Shown piece by piece: positions 50,655 through 64,000 of a stretch of 64,000 nucleotides of DNA. The stretch lies in NCBI RefSeq assembly GCF_006345805.1, contig NC_043006.1:47616001-47680000 (forward strand). The letters run 5' to 3'. The translations under genes and the position numbers were made by a program. The notes below the pieces were generated by a model. It ran no database searches. It had not been told where the DNA came from and worked only from the letters and a program-made list of their open reading frames with translations. Origin of the DNA: Octopus sinensis (lineage: Eukaryota). Within the stretch, counting starts at the first letter, position 1, and the number at the start of each line of letters is the position of its first letter.

Positions 50655-51335
50655 TTCACTTTGATGATATCCGAAAAGCTTTGGAGAGGGTTCTTATGCA
50701 GATGTCATTCGACAACGTTAACCACAGCATCATTATTAAGACACTTATCAAACACTGGAGTCGGAAGGTAACTATTAGAGTGGATTGAATGTTTCCTGAT
50801 GAGCAGAACCCTGTATATGGTGGTAATTGTGGTTCGGTCTAGCTCAGCAAGAGTCATCAGTGAAGTCCTACAAGGCACTGCACTGGGTCCACTCCTTTTC
50901 ATTATTTATATCAATGACATCATTTACATCATCAAATACAGTCCTCTGTAGTTTCCCTACACGAAACAATATATAATAAATATTGAACAGAAAGAAAATA
51001 GATGACATAGACGACAATCTTTATAAAAAATATCAGCTGATATCAATCTATATCATTTGTATGTTGTGGAAAACATTCCCACTGCGCTGCCCAAATGAAG
51101 TTGTCATCAACTTTAAAAGTCACCCAAGGCTCTATAAAACTTATGCTCGCATGACATCGCTACACCAAAGCAAAACTATTTCACCTCAGCTGACCCTGCT
51201 ATCATTAACATTAGGCTAAGACACATAAGAGAAGTAACAGATCTCGTGAGATTCGAACGGGTTGTGAAGGAATGTCTGCAACAAATTCCAAATAAACCAC
51301 CTACACTCGCATATATTTCTGCAAACAATAACTTT
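50655..51335 (+). pseudogene. Degenerate CR1/L2-like reverse transcriptase fragments
   Basis: SFDNVNHSIII; gtcctacaaggcactgcactgggtccactccttttcatt (VPQGTVLGPLLF-like); a later IPNKP-type C-terminal stretch. Confidence 0.65.
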
Positions 51336-51527
51336 TTACTTGAATGGGATACGCTTCCCAAAAACGTGACTGTAATATGAAATATTAAATATCGTTTACG
51401 AAGGCTGCTATTAAGTTAGACATGGCCTGGGAAAATTCAAACTAAAAAAAACACTTACTTAATTATCTGCGTATCTAAGTCTATGTAAACATACATACAT
51501 CATATATACATGCACACAAATACACGA

Positions 51528-51566
<39 letters not shown>

Positions 51567-51967
51567 TATATAAATGGAACAAAAACGCAACAGAGGGCAT
51601 TAAAACGTTCGGACAGATAGGGAGCACAAAGGCAGACAAGAGAAACAACAATTAGTAGGACAGGCAAAAAAAGATGGGTCATTCTTGGCTATCTTTCATC
51701 AGTCAAGTACCAGAAGTCACGACCATTTCGGTACACTTAAAATGGTTCAATCTGGTTGTCCCCAAAAATGTCTAAGCTAAGAGCATTAGACCCCTTTGTA
51801 AGAAAGCTAGCGAATGTGTACGGCAAAAAAGACAAAAGAAAACAAACAAACACATGCATACATAAAGAAAATTAATACTCATGAGAGATATCAATGTTTG
51901 TGGCCGCAAGCTACAGCAGTATAGGCAAAATGATTACATGTATATATAAAAAAGACTATATATAATA

Positions 51968-52195
51968 AGGGTACTTTCTTTTAAAAAACTCCAGCTTTGC
52001 TAAACATAAGGGTTAAAATTCCACCGAAGCCCAAAAATTAACACTACATTTACACAGGTATGGTTCGAAAAAAAATTAGTGATTTTTTTTTTTCCAACAA
52101 TGCCTGTGTAAATATAATCTTAATTTTTGTGGCTTCGGAGAATTTTAACTCCTATGTTCATCAAAGCTGGTGACTTTTTAAAAAAATAGCACCCT
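51968..52195. mobile_element. Palindromic MITE (~228 bp, ~100-bp imperfect arms, TA flanks)
   Basis: TA-agggtac...ccagctttg...ttaaaattc...ccgaagcc mirrors ggcttcgg...gaattttaa...caaagctgg...gcaccct-TA. Confidence 0.75.
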
Positions 52196-52817
52196 TATGT
52201 ATATCAGCATATTTACGACTCAGCGTATGCGCTTTTACCAGTTATATGCACTCTGGAAATTTTGTACAGTATATTTACATTTGTCCCATAATACTGAAAC
52301 AACGCAATAAATTGGAGAAAGCTACTGAAGTTAGATTCAATACACATACTTATAAAAACGACAGGAAGGTTAGCAAGAAAACTGCAATCTTGTATTGATT
52401 TAAAACGCCTAATTTTGCCCCAGTCTGACCACAAACTTATTATATTTTAATCAGAAATGTACGTATAAGGTAAAACCCATCATGATTGGTATCACCTGAT
52501 ATTTTTTATATTGATAAAATAAATATGTTAGCGAAATTTACTTATTTGTGTGTCTTGTACTTATTGCGATTCCAGGTTTAACCCTCTCACATACTAGTAC
52601 TCACTTTCGACTAAATGGATTACAACCTTAAAGTAAAATTTTTTCTCACAATCAAATTACGACTGGAAATCGAAACTGCTATGTAAGAGAACAAGTTCAA
52701 CCTCTAAGCCGCGCTGCTTCACTAGAGATATGTTGCATTTGTTAGGTGTCCTGAAATATACCGATTTACGTAGACATACAAATATTACAAACGCTCAAAT
52801 ATTCTTTTTCTACTCTA

Positions 52818-53188
52818 GGAACAAGGCCCGAAATTTTGGGGAGGGGGCTGGTCGATTAGATCGACTCAGTAAGTAACTGGTACTTAATTTATCGACCCCG
52901 AAATGATGAAAGGCAAAGTCGACCTCGGCGGAATATGAACTCAGAACATAAAGACATACGAAATACCTATTTCTTTACTACATACAAGAGGCTAAACACA
53001 GAGGGGACAAACAAGGACAGACAAAGGGATTAAGTCGATTATATCGACCCCAGTTTTATTTAATCGACCCCGAAAAGATGAAAGGCAAAGTCGACCTCGG
53101 CCGAATTTGAACTCAGAATGCAACGGCAGACGAAATACGGCTACGCATTTCGCCCGGGGGTGCTAACGTTTCTGCCAGCTCGCCGCAT
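52818..53188 (-). mobile_element. SINE (family B), long bipartite copy
   Basis: Reverse complement counterpart of 24240-24615. Confidence 0.85.
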
Positions 53189-53489
53189 TACAAACGCTGC
53201 AATGTTATAGAAGCTCTAACAAACTTCGGACACAGGAATGTACTTTCAGAAAAAATAGCTATGGATCCTAATATTTAAAAGGTCTGATGAAACAGATCTG
53301 CGCTGATCATGTCCAAATTATTTTATAATTAGCAGTTCCCAACATTAAATATTTAATAAAATCGGCCGTTCTTTCACCACATCTTTACTCCTTTCCATTT
53401 CTCCCTTCCGCTCTCATTCTTTACATATTAATCGCATCCTTAAAGTTTTATGTTTCTGGCTGATAACACACACGCTGATAACACACACG

Positions 53490-53539
<50 letters not shown>

Positions 53540-53990
53540 ACCATACAACACACAGGCTCACCCATACACATATACACACATATATGCATACTCATATACA
53601 CATACACATTCATATATACACCAAATAAAATATTAGAAATCCATTAATTTTTTAATGGGATATTTATTATGAATAAATTACCCCATCTAGAGTTTTATTG
53701 CATTTTGGTGTAAGAAGTCCTCGTCAGATTGCATGTAAATTATGTTACTTCAAGAAATTCATTTAAAACATCGCCTTTATGTTTCGGTTGCTAGCGTCCG
53801 TTTGTACATCAACCGTCTGGTGGTTTACTTCCCTATTACCAAACATTTCTGGTTAACCAACGTTTCGAGTGCTGTAATGCCGGCCATTTGAAAAATCCAC
53901 AGAGAGAGACGATCACAGTAGAAGCTCATCGATCCAGCTTAGTGATAAGAGCAGTGTTAAATATTTTCTCTTTCTCTCTCTCATTCTTTC

Positions 53991-54037
<47 letters not shown>

Positions 54038-54169
54038 TTCTCTTGTCTACGAAACAGAAACATAAACACACATATAGGTATGTTTATACTTGCACATATA
54101 CACACACATTTTTCGTTCTTGCCATAACATCTAGGGGCTTTATATATTTAGTCAACTAAATATAAATCA

Positions 54170-54452
54170 GTGGAGGCACATGGCCTAGTGGTTAGAGCAG
54201 CGGTCTCGGGATCGCGGATTCGAATCTCAGACCGGCGATGTGTGTGTTTATGAGCGAAACGCCTAAGATCCACGCGGCTCCGGCAGAAGGTAATGGTGAA
54301 CTTCTGCTGACTCTTTCGCCACAACCTTCTCTCACTTTCTCCACCTGCGACGAACCGGCGTCCCGTCTAGGTGGGGAACATATACGCCAAGAAAACCGGG
54401 AAACTGGCCCTTGTGACCCAGGTATGGTTCGAGAATGAACAAATAACAACAA
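54170..54452 (+). mobile_element. SINE (family D)
   Basis: gtggaggcacatggcctagtggttagagc...gattcgaatctc. Confidence 0.8.
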
Positions 54453-54844
54453 ATATAACTTAAGTTTGGCATTATACCGGTTGCTTAGTCATTTGTAAGG
54501 GTGGAGACTGACTACAGGCACATATCGTTACACATATATGTTCAAATGTGGTTATGTATGCATTTATGTATGTATATGTTCAAGTAAGTATACATGCATG
54601 TATGGGCATGCGTGTATGTATGCATGTATATATGCATGTAACTATGTATGTATTTATGTATACATATATATACGTATCAAGGAATATTCTTCGGGCTGTG
54701 AAATTATGGTAATCGAAATAAAATCGTTCTGTCCTGAAAATCTAAAAATGCCACAGATTTACCTGTGCATGCATATATAGGGTTAAATATTCGAAAGTAC
54801 ACTGCCTACGGTGTTTTAGGTTCTTAGTTGAACCCTGCTTTCAG

Positions 54845-55050
<206 letters not shown>

Positions 55051-55239
55051 TAGTGTATGAAACATGCCTAAAGAGAAAACCACCGAATTTGTAGATTAAT
55101 ACCGAATGAAAACGTGAATTTGGATTCCGGTGTACAATTTATTATTTTTCCTAAATATTTGAATATTAAATCAAATTAAACTCAAGAATTTCTCTCAGTC
55201 ATTCAGAAAATAAGGAAGTTAAAACATTAGACGTCTCAA

Positions 55240-56990
55240 TACCAATGCCATCACCACCAATACCACTATTATAATCATCATCACGACCTCCATCACCACC
55301 ATCCCCAACACCATCAACTCTATCATCACACCCACAACTGCCACCATCAGCATCATCACTGCCACCACCGCAATCATCACCACCATCACAATAACCACCA
55401 TTATGACCTCCATCACCACTATCACCAACACCACCACCACCACCACACCACCGCAACCCCTTACATCTCCATCACCACCACTACTGCCACTACCACGATC
55501 ACAAACATCACCACCACCATTACCACCGCCACCATCAACAACAACATCATCATCACCACCACCATCACCATCACCATCACCATCACTGTCTCTATATTTA
55601 CCATCACATGATCAGCACCTTACCTCTATCCTCACTACACACCACCACTATGCATGTACGCACACTTACTTAAACCATACCGTTCGCCACCAGCGCACGT
55701 ACCACCGCTCTACTATCACCACTACCACTACCACCACTACCACTAGCAACAGTATTACAACAGTATTCTAACCTCCTTATCCCTACCTCTATCAAAGCAT
55801 TGTGTCCACCACACACCACGCGTGCCACAACACGCCAACAGACACCACCTAGCATCTTACTACAACCATATGCCACAGTACACCACCACTATCACTACCT
55901 CCGTCACTACAACAATCGCAGTGTCATCACTATCAATACTGCCGCTATTCATGTCACAACCAAACACCCACTAACGCAATCACAGATCTAGCACAACACT
56001 GCTTGACAACAACGCCTTTAAAACGCAGAACTATCACCATAGCAACCATACAGCAACCGCTCCATGACACCACCGACATTAAATTCACCGTAACCACTGC
56101 CATTGTTAGATTCACCACAACACTGCCATTATTAGATTCACCGCAACCAACACAGTCACTGACAGTAAAAGAAACCAACACTATCACAACAACGACGGCG
56201 AAGGTTCCGGTTGATCCAACGAACAGAGCAATTACCTTGTAAACTTAACTTGTAAGTGGCTGAGCAATCTACAGACACGCGTACGCTTAACGTAGTCCTC
56301 AGGGAGATTCAGCTTGACACACAGAATGTGACAAGATTGGCCCTTTTTGAATTACAGGTACTACTTATTTTTGCCAGCTCGGTTGATTGAAGCTACGGAG
56401 TATATAGTATCTTGCTCAAGGAGACAACTCGCTGCCGTGAATCGAGCTCAAGACCTTACGATTGTGAGCTGAATAACCTAACCGCTAGGCCACACGCCTT
56501 CACTCACAAGGAAATACACCGCCATAATAGCAACTACCACTAACGCCACAACTCTACATCATCTCCACCATATCCACCATGAATTCAACATACCATCCCT
56601 ACTACCACCACCATCACTAATACCATCGCGAAACCATCACCGCAAACACAATTACCATAACTGCAAAAACACAACAACGACAACGAGCCAATAGCAACAA
56701 CACATCTCACCATCACTACAGCCATCATTATTAGCATCAACACTACCATAACCACCACCACCATCACCCCGCTCCACTACCATCGCCATTAACAACACCA
56801 CCATCATCACCTTCATTAGCACGACCACCATCTCCGACACCACCATAGACATCATCACCAGCGCAACCACCACCACCAACACCACCATCACCGTCACCGT
56901 GACCTCCATCATTACCATCAATTCCAACAGCACCACCACCAACACCATCAACTCCACCACCACCACCAACAACAACACCACCACCACACC
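55240..56990. repeat. Degenerate (ACC/ATC/AAC)n low-complexity region, interrupted by a family C SINE (56195-56500, minus)
   Basis: Direct reading; source of the poly-T/P/V ORFs. Confidence 0.85.
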
Positions 56991-57162
56991 GTAAATCCTG
57001 TGTTTAAGCTTAAGTATAGAAATTAAATTCAGCCAATTTTTGAAAATTCACAAAATTAATGAGAATTTTATAAGCGTCTTTAATAGGAAAGTTAATGAAG
57101 TGTCAGTGAATGGCGTTCTATGATGGATATATTAGTAAGGAGTGGATAATAAAGGCATGTAC

Positions 57163-57202
<40 letters not shown>

Positions 57203-57222
57203 CACGTCTATATATGTGTGTA

Positions 57223-57278
<56 letters not shown>

Positions 57279-57339
57279 GATATATATGAGTAATATATAT
57301 ATAGACGTATATATATATGTATATATATACATTTATATA

Positions 57340-57385
<46 letters not shown>

Positions 57386-58166
57386 TACACACACACATAT
57401 ATATATATACACCTTATATGCATATATATATGTATGTATATATGTATATATATATTATATATATATACATATATATATTTATATCTATTTGAACACATGT
57501 ATAAGTGCGTGTGTGAGTCTGTGTATATACACTCATCTACATATATATATATGTGTTTGTGTGTGTTTGTGTGTGTGTATACTTATATGCTACATGCATA
57601 TAGATCTATTTTATACACACACACATATACACGCATATATAATATATATATATACATTTACACACACACACCCACACACATATATACATATATACATATA
57701 TACACGTATAATAACAAAATCAATAAATGTGTGTGCCTGTGTGCATGTGTGCGTGCGCGTACGCGTGTCACTAATTACATGATAGCTTCTTTGGCAATAA
57801 ACTCCACCAGCAAACACACATCTGGTCATTGTGTGTGTACATATGCGATGACTCCTTCGTTGATTTCTACGCCGTGTATTCAATTCATGTTTGCTTCGTT
57901 AAATTAAAAATATATATTTTAATTTTTGTTATGGGGAAAGCAGCAAGCCAGAATGTGTTTGTGTGTATTGGTGTCTGTTTGTGTCGACACATCAGTATGT
58001 AAGTCAATTTGTCAATTAATTGAGTAATTCGGGTGTAGAATAATTAGGACGACCGGAAAAGGTAGGATGAGTTACTAGAAAGGCTATGATAAACATACTA
58101 TAATACATCTTAAGTTAAAAATTTCAACACTTACGCATATATATTCATGCAAAATCTTGCATATAC

Positions 58167-58222
<56 letters not shown>

Positions 58223-58378
58223 CTGTGTTTGTGTGTGCGCGTGTGTGTGATACATATAAACAAGGATAAAATGATGTAAATGATAATATCAAGTGGCCAA
58301 CATGCTATAAAACCTTCTGATTAAATTATAGTAAAATAATAATTATATATATATATACATTATATAATATAAACATAA

Positions 58379-58775
58379 AGGCGCAGGAGTGGCTGTCTGG
58401 TAAGTAGCTTGCTTACCAACCACATGGTTCCGGGTTCGTTTTCACTGCGTGGCACCTTCTGCTATAGCCTCGGGCTGACCAAATCCTTGTGAGTGGTTTT
58501 GGTAGAAGGAAATAAAAGAAGCTCGTCGTATATATGTACATATATGTACATATATTTGTATGTATGTATATGTCTGTGTGTGTGTGTCCTCCCCCCTAAC
58601 ATCACTTGACAACCGATGGTGGTCTGTTTACGTCCTCGTAACTTAGCGGTTCGGCAAAAGACTCCGATAGTATAAATTCTAGGCTTACAAAGGATAAGTC
58701 CTGGGGATGGTTTGCTCGACTAAAGGCGGTGATCCAGTATGGCCACAGTCAAATGACTGAAACAAGTAAATGAGT
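58379..58775 (+). mobile_element. SINE (family A)
   Basis: ggcgcaggagtggctgtctggtaagtagc...cagtcaaatgactgaaacaag. Confidence 0.85.
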
Positions 58776-58789
58776 AAATGATATATATA

Positions 58790-58841
<52 letters not shown>

Positions 58842-59224
58842 ATATGTATAAACACTAATATAAATGTTTGTGTACGTGTGTGTATCATTTCATATTTATT
58901 ATGCTTTTTCTGAAATTTTGTATCTTAATTTTGTTATTCTGAATTGTCCTTAATTCTAGTAAAGTGGAAAGTGTCTGTGAATTCTACTTACATGGCTTCT
59001 ACTTACATTAATATATTATTGATTTTAAGCATAGATATTCTATTTTCTTCTTTGAAAGCGCTTAGATATTGGTGTCTAGCTTATATATATATATCAGCTA
59101 CAGAAACTCTCAAAGCTAGACATAGATGCTTCTTTCGAAATTCTATTTTGTTTTGTCTTTTTAATTTTTTGGGGAGAGGGAATCTGAGCGGTTTCTTAAA
59201 TTAATTAATAATTACACCTAAAAC

Positions 59225-59560
59225 CACTGCCTTGGCTCCTGAAGTTCATTTTCTTCTCGTGAACTATAGTTCGAGCAAGCATGAGTTTTAAAAAAACTAC
59301 AGAGTCATCAACATTGATTACTTACTATAATGTATAACCTCCTTTTGTAATCGTTTTCATCAGGTGGTCGGACAATTCCCAGCAGCTTTCGCATTAGCAC
59401 ATGTAGCTTCAGCAGTGAAGTTTGGGTTGTAAGAATTAAGATATTTCTTAAATCTTTCGAACGGCCTTTGATAGCTGGAAATGATAATTCATTGGAAGTT
59501 CCACTTCACATTTATTTTCGGCAGATTTCCATACCAAATTTTAGATTTTTTAAATTTTAC
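59225..59560 (-). pseudogene. pogo/Tigger-like transposase fragment
   Basis: FERFKKYLNSYNPNFTAEATCANAKAAGNCP and ITKGGYTL**VINVDDS..KLMLART resemble WF.RFK.R..GEAASA and GY...QVFN.DET.LF.K.MP.RT. Confidence 0.6.
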
Positions 59561-59675
59561 GTAATGTTTATTGACACATTACCTCAAGCCTGTATCTTGT
59601 TTCATATGTCCGAGATCTGCGCCTCGTAGATAGCAAAAACAAAACAACACCTGCTGCGTTTTGCAACAAAAGATA

Positions 59676-60942
59676 CGAGAGGCGTTCAATAAGTAATGCC
59701 CCTGACCCACTTCCCATAGCAGTAGAGCAACGACACTTGGCACAGTTATTATTCTTTTCCTACATAGGAACTACCCAGAGTTATGCATTTCTCCCATCGT
59801 TTGCTACAGCTCTGGAGACCGTTTTTGTAGAAGACCCCAGCTTGGTCCTCCATCCACGACGTGACTTCAGAAATCAAGGCTGCATCGTCTGGGAAACGCT
59901 TTCCTTTCAAAATCAACTTCATGGCTGGGAAGAGGTGAAAATCAGAGGGTGCAAGGGGAGGATTTCATAGCTGCATGCCTGTACTTCTGATCTGGCGACA
60001 CGCGAGTTGTGGACCGGAGCGTTGTCCTGCAGGAGGAGGATGCCTTTGCTGATCTTGCCCCGCCTCTTGATTTTGATAGCTTCTCTTAATTTCCTCAAAA
60101 GTGAAGCATAATAGGCTCCTGTAATTGTGGTACCCTTTGCCAGGAAATCTGTCATCACTACTCCGTCCTGGTCCCAGAAGACTGTGAGCATAACCTTGTC
60201 AGCGGAGAGCTGCACCCTTGCCTTCTTTGGAGGAGGTGAGTCACGGTGCTTTCACTGCATTGACTGGGCTTTGGTCTATGGATCATAGTGATGGACCCAG
60301 GTTTTATCCTGTGTGATCAGTCTTTTGAAAAATTTTGACTCATCTTCTTGGCACATCTCCAAATTCATCCTCGAGCACTCGACGCGTTCTTGCTTCTGGA
60401 AAGGTGTGAGCAACCTGGAAATCCATCTGGCAGACACCTTTTTCATATGCAAATGGTCATGAATGATAGTTTCCACAGACCCGGTACTAATCTTGACCTT
60501 ATGGGCTATTTGGCGAATAGTGATGCGTTGACCTTCCAAAATGGCAGCCTCAACTTGACGGACAGACGTCTCAACGGCAGAAGGGGGCGACCAGATCTGG
60601 GAGCTGTTTCCACAGAGTTCCGACTATGTTTGAATTCACAATGCCAGCGTTTTACAAGGTCATATGATGGGGCATCTTCACCATAAGTTACTTTCATTTC
60701 ATCAAAAGTCTCCCGTGGTGTGCGTCCTTTCAAATACAAAATCCAGATCACTGCTCGACACTCAACAGGCTCCATTTCACACTTGGCTCAGTTCAAACAC
60801 CTGTAAATCAGAAACCAAAATTAGTTCAGAGTTGTAGTTCGCCACTTAATCTATAGAGGTATAGATAAGTGCACATGGAAAATGGCAGCTAGATCAAACA
60901 ACGGCAAGTGGGTCAGGGGCATTACTTATTGAACGCCCCTCG
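59676..60942 (-). mobile_element. Full-length mariner (DD34D-type) transposon, 1267 bp
   Basis: 37-bp TIRs (1 mismatch) cgag(a/g)ggcgttcaataagtaatgcccctgacccactt, with TA duplication at 59674-75 and 60943-44. Confidence 0.95.
59749..60775 (-). pseudogene. Disrupted mariner transposase
   Basis: MEPVECRAVI...RSGRP, WISRLLT, ITQDKTWVHHYD, LLQDNAPVH, LAPSDFHLF. At least 2 frameshifts, 2 in-frame stops and loss of the HPPYSPD segment. Confidence 0.9.
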
Positions 60943-62949
60943 TAGAAGTTGATTCTCAAAGATCGGTGGTGAAACTATATGAAGTCCTTAAAAACGGATC
61001 CATTCAGTGAGATTCAGCCTACCAGCAACAATTTCTGGGTAATCTCTGTTAGCTTCTATGTATTTTTTTCATGACAGATGACTATAGACTTGAACATATT
61101 TAACCACTACTGGGGAATTGAAGTTTTAATTGCCGTACTTTGTCGCTTTGCTTGTTAAAGTCACTGACGTAAATATAGATTCCCTATGCGATATAATTTC
61201 TAACTTATGAGCGGGATGAAAATTATCGATTTTTATATACCTGCTTGATGCATTGCAAATTAATGAAATTATACATAGCGAAAACTAGAGTTAATAGAAT
61301 AATTTATTTTAAACGCCTATGGGAATACGAATTTAGATGAAATATGAAATCCATCATACAAAATATATTTTTCTGCTTCTTTTTCATCTCGTAGCATATT
61401 CATGTAATGTTTTGTCTTAGGAGATTTACACGGCAATGTCTTTTTCAAGACAATATCGATAATGACTTTAAGCACTTTTTAGTCAGAGCAGAAATCCGTT
61501 CGTTATAAAGAAACGCTTTGAGATATTCCTTTCTGCTCTACAGCCCGTGATACGCATTGTTAACTGGATTTAAAGTGCAGTCGTAATATCGGTGATTTTA
61601 TTCACAAATAAACTAAAGAAATTGTGAGCATTTTATTTCGGACCACATCTATTTGTGTTAGCAAATTTCTGAAGAGTTTCTCTGAACAGATAAAAGTCAT
61701 TTGCTAATTTGTGGTCAATATTACATCTTTCTATATTACGAAGTTTACGCTGACCACAATGAATACTGCCATCAATGTATCGTCAATGAACATTTTTATC
61801 ATTTCTGTGAGCAAGTTGAATCCTTTTGTAATTTCTCAGTATGAGTCGCTTCATTTGCTTAACAGGGTTATCAAATAATCAACTTCTATTCTAAATTACC
61901 CATTGTCTTCCGAAGAAGTACCTCACGTGTTCTATGTCAAACATTGCTTGTAAGAAAGACTTTGGAATTATCAGAATATTTCAATTGATATCTTCACGAA
62001 TATATTTTGCCACTGATTTATTGAGCGCCATCTTGTCTTCTAAATTTTCACGGAATTCTTTGAAGATAAAGTAAATTAAAAATGAAAAGAACCTTCAAAT
62101 ATATGACAACCAGCATTTAGGATTCAATTTGTTTTACTGAAATTATTTAGCCCTTTCCCCAAAACTTGTGCTAAAATAGTATATTCCATCTTAATTTTTT
62201 TCGAGAAATGCTAGCTTTTCGCTTGCATTCGGGTTTCTCGTTTGAATATTGAGATATGCCTTTGTCTTTCTAAACTACGCGTGTATCCGACTTTAGTTGT
62301 CGTTACAGCTTCAAACCGCACTGTCAGTCAATTTACCCCGAAGTCGTTCAGTGGAAATAGTGTTTCAAATTCCTCAATTCTGTAAAAATCTAGAAAAGAA
62401 AATTTAATGCTGCTACTATGTGCAGTAAAAGTTGTCTTTTCACATACATCGACACATTAATATAAAATTGCGTCGAAAACTGCATTAAGTTTTCGATTAA
62501 GGTTACGATAAAGTTTTCCTTTATTGGTAGTCCCCAATCTTCACCCTTAAATACGAAATCTCTTGACCACTATACGCCAAATTTCTTTCATTTACAAACA
62601 GTTAAAAAGAAAAACATCCACTTCTATTTTCACTACTTCAAAATGGTACTCTATATTTTTCTCATCTTGTCCTCAAGTTTGTGATACAAAAGATTTTCAT
62701 TCGTCGGAATTGTTTACTAACACCACCCTTCTACCTTGCATGCTGACTACATGATTCACAATAAGTCTATTCATCCAGCAGAAAGAACATCGGCTGTGAG
62801 TGATATTTTGAATTTAGTAGAGCTTTCAAAGAAAACATTATACATAGAATGTGCTCATTAAGTAAATTAACATGGAATTCATTGCCGTTTGGCCATTTTC
62901 AATCATTTTTCGAACTATTTGTTTTAGTAATATAAATTTTGTTTTCACA

Positions 62950-63372
62950 GGTGCAGGAGTGGTTGTGTGGTAAGTACCTTGCTTCCCAACCACACGGTTC
63001 CGGGTTCAGTCCCACTGCGTGTCACCTTAGGCAAGTGTTTTCTACTATATCCTCGGGCCGACCAAAGCCTTGTGAGTGGGTTTGGTAGACGGAAACTGAA
63101 AGAAGCCCGTCGTATATATATATATGTTTGTGTGTGTGTGTGTGTGTATGTATGTGTGTATATATGTTTGTGTGTCTGTGTTTGTCCCCCACACCAACGC
63201 TTGACAACCGATGCTGGTGTGTTTACGTTCCCGTCACTAAGCGGTTCGGCAAAAGAAACCGATAGAATTAGTACTAGGCTTACAAAAAATAAGTCCTGGG
63301 GTCGATTTGCTCGACCAAAGACGGTGCTCTAGCATGGCCACAGTCAAATGACTGGAAAAAATAAAATAAAAA
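62950..63372 (+). mobile_element. SINE (family A)
   Basis: ggtgcaggagtggttgtgtggtaagtacc...cagtcaaatgactgg. Confidence 0.9.
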
Positions 63373-63454
63373 GACCAACTAGATTACGTTTGTAAATGAT
63401 CGGTTTATTTATTATTATTTCGTGGAGCATGGCTCAGTGGTTATAGTGACGCCC

Positions 63455-63555
63455 TTTCGGGGTCGATAAATTAAGTACCAGTTGCGTACTGGGGTCGATC
63501 TAATCGACTGGACCCCACCTCCACCAAAATTTTTAGGTCTTGTGCCTAGAGTAGA
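63455..63555 (+). mobile_element. SINE (family B), 3' part
   Basis: cctttcggggtcgataaattaagtaccagttgcgtactggggtcgatctaatcgactgg. Confidence 0.75.
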
Positions 63556-63809
63556 ACAGAATATTTCTTCAATTTGCTACATAGCATTTTCTATAGTCTG
63601 CAATATTAGAAATGAAGGAAATTCGGATTAGCTTAAAACAATGCTTGAATACAGACTTGGCTTAGTACATAATTCTCTTAAAATTAAGTAGAATGGCTGC
63701 GATAATATTATTTATTCTAAGTTATGAACTGGTAGACACTCAAATTCAATTGATTTTGAAAACTGCATTGATGATTATTGTGATAATGACTGTCGTTGAA
63801 TGCGATAAG

Positions 63810-63836
63810 GAAGGTGACGATGACACTGATGATAGC

Positions 63837-63875
<39 letters not shown>

Positions 63876-64000
63876 GGTGATGATGATGATGATGATGACG
63901 ATGATGATGACGACAACGACGACGATGATCATGTTGATGATGACGACGACGACAATGTTGATGATAATGATGATTATGACGATGATGATGACAACGACGC
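63810..64000. repeat. (GAT/GAC)n low-complexity tract
   Basis: Direct reading. Confidence 0.95.

Noticed and set aside
51570-51760. CTGATGA on the minus strand followed by an AAGAT/ATCTT stem; other CTGANGA hits at ~42377, ~50795, ~53285 and ~59355
   Set aside because: No correctly placed GAAA...NUH or stem I, so these are not hammerheads.
55403-56990. Thr/Pro-rich mucin-like ORFs
   Set aside because: Degenerate ACC/ATC repeats with stops in every frame, interrupted by a SINE.
61400-62050. AAGATGGCG start-like context followed by coding-like sequence on the minus strand
   Set aside because: All frames close within about 30 codons and no homology is recognisable.

Overview
AT-rich, microsatellite-saturated eukaryotic DNA, most likely an octopus/cephalopod intergenic or intronic region (inferred from the SINE families and extreme (TA)n/(CA)n/(TAA)n content). 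No host protein-coding exon can be supported; nearly all ORFs in the track are microsatellite or low-complexity translations. The window is a retroelement and transposon graveyard: many tRNA-derived SINEs; RTE, CR1-like and restriction-like-endonuclease LINE fragments; Penelope-like element (PLE) GIY-YIG relics; a full-length dead mariner; mariner/pogo relics and MITEs. The standout is a 3.4-kb array (10176-13560) of seven nearly identical ~490-bp non-coding units, inserted in a (TA)n tract and ending in a fold-back inversion. Each unit carries, on the minus strand, a type I hammerhead ribozyme fold: 8-bp stem I, CUGAUGA and GAAA cores, a GUA cleavage site, a self-complementary stem III, and an unusual 68-nt branched stem II domain opened by an A-C mismatch. 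This looks like a retrozyme-like, ribozyme-processed repeat. A second composite (46150-47887) places a 153-bp satellite rich in transcription-factor motifs between ~180-bp inverted arms, each holding a minimal hammerhead with the U3-A8 covariant core. All RNA folds were derived by eye; no database search or folding program was run.
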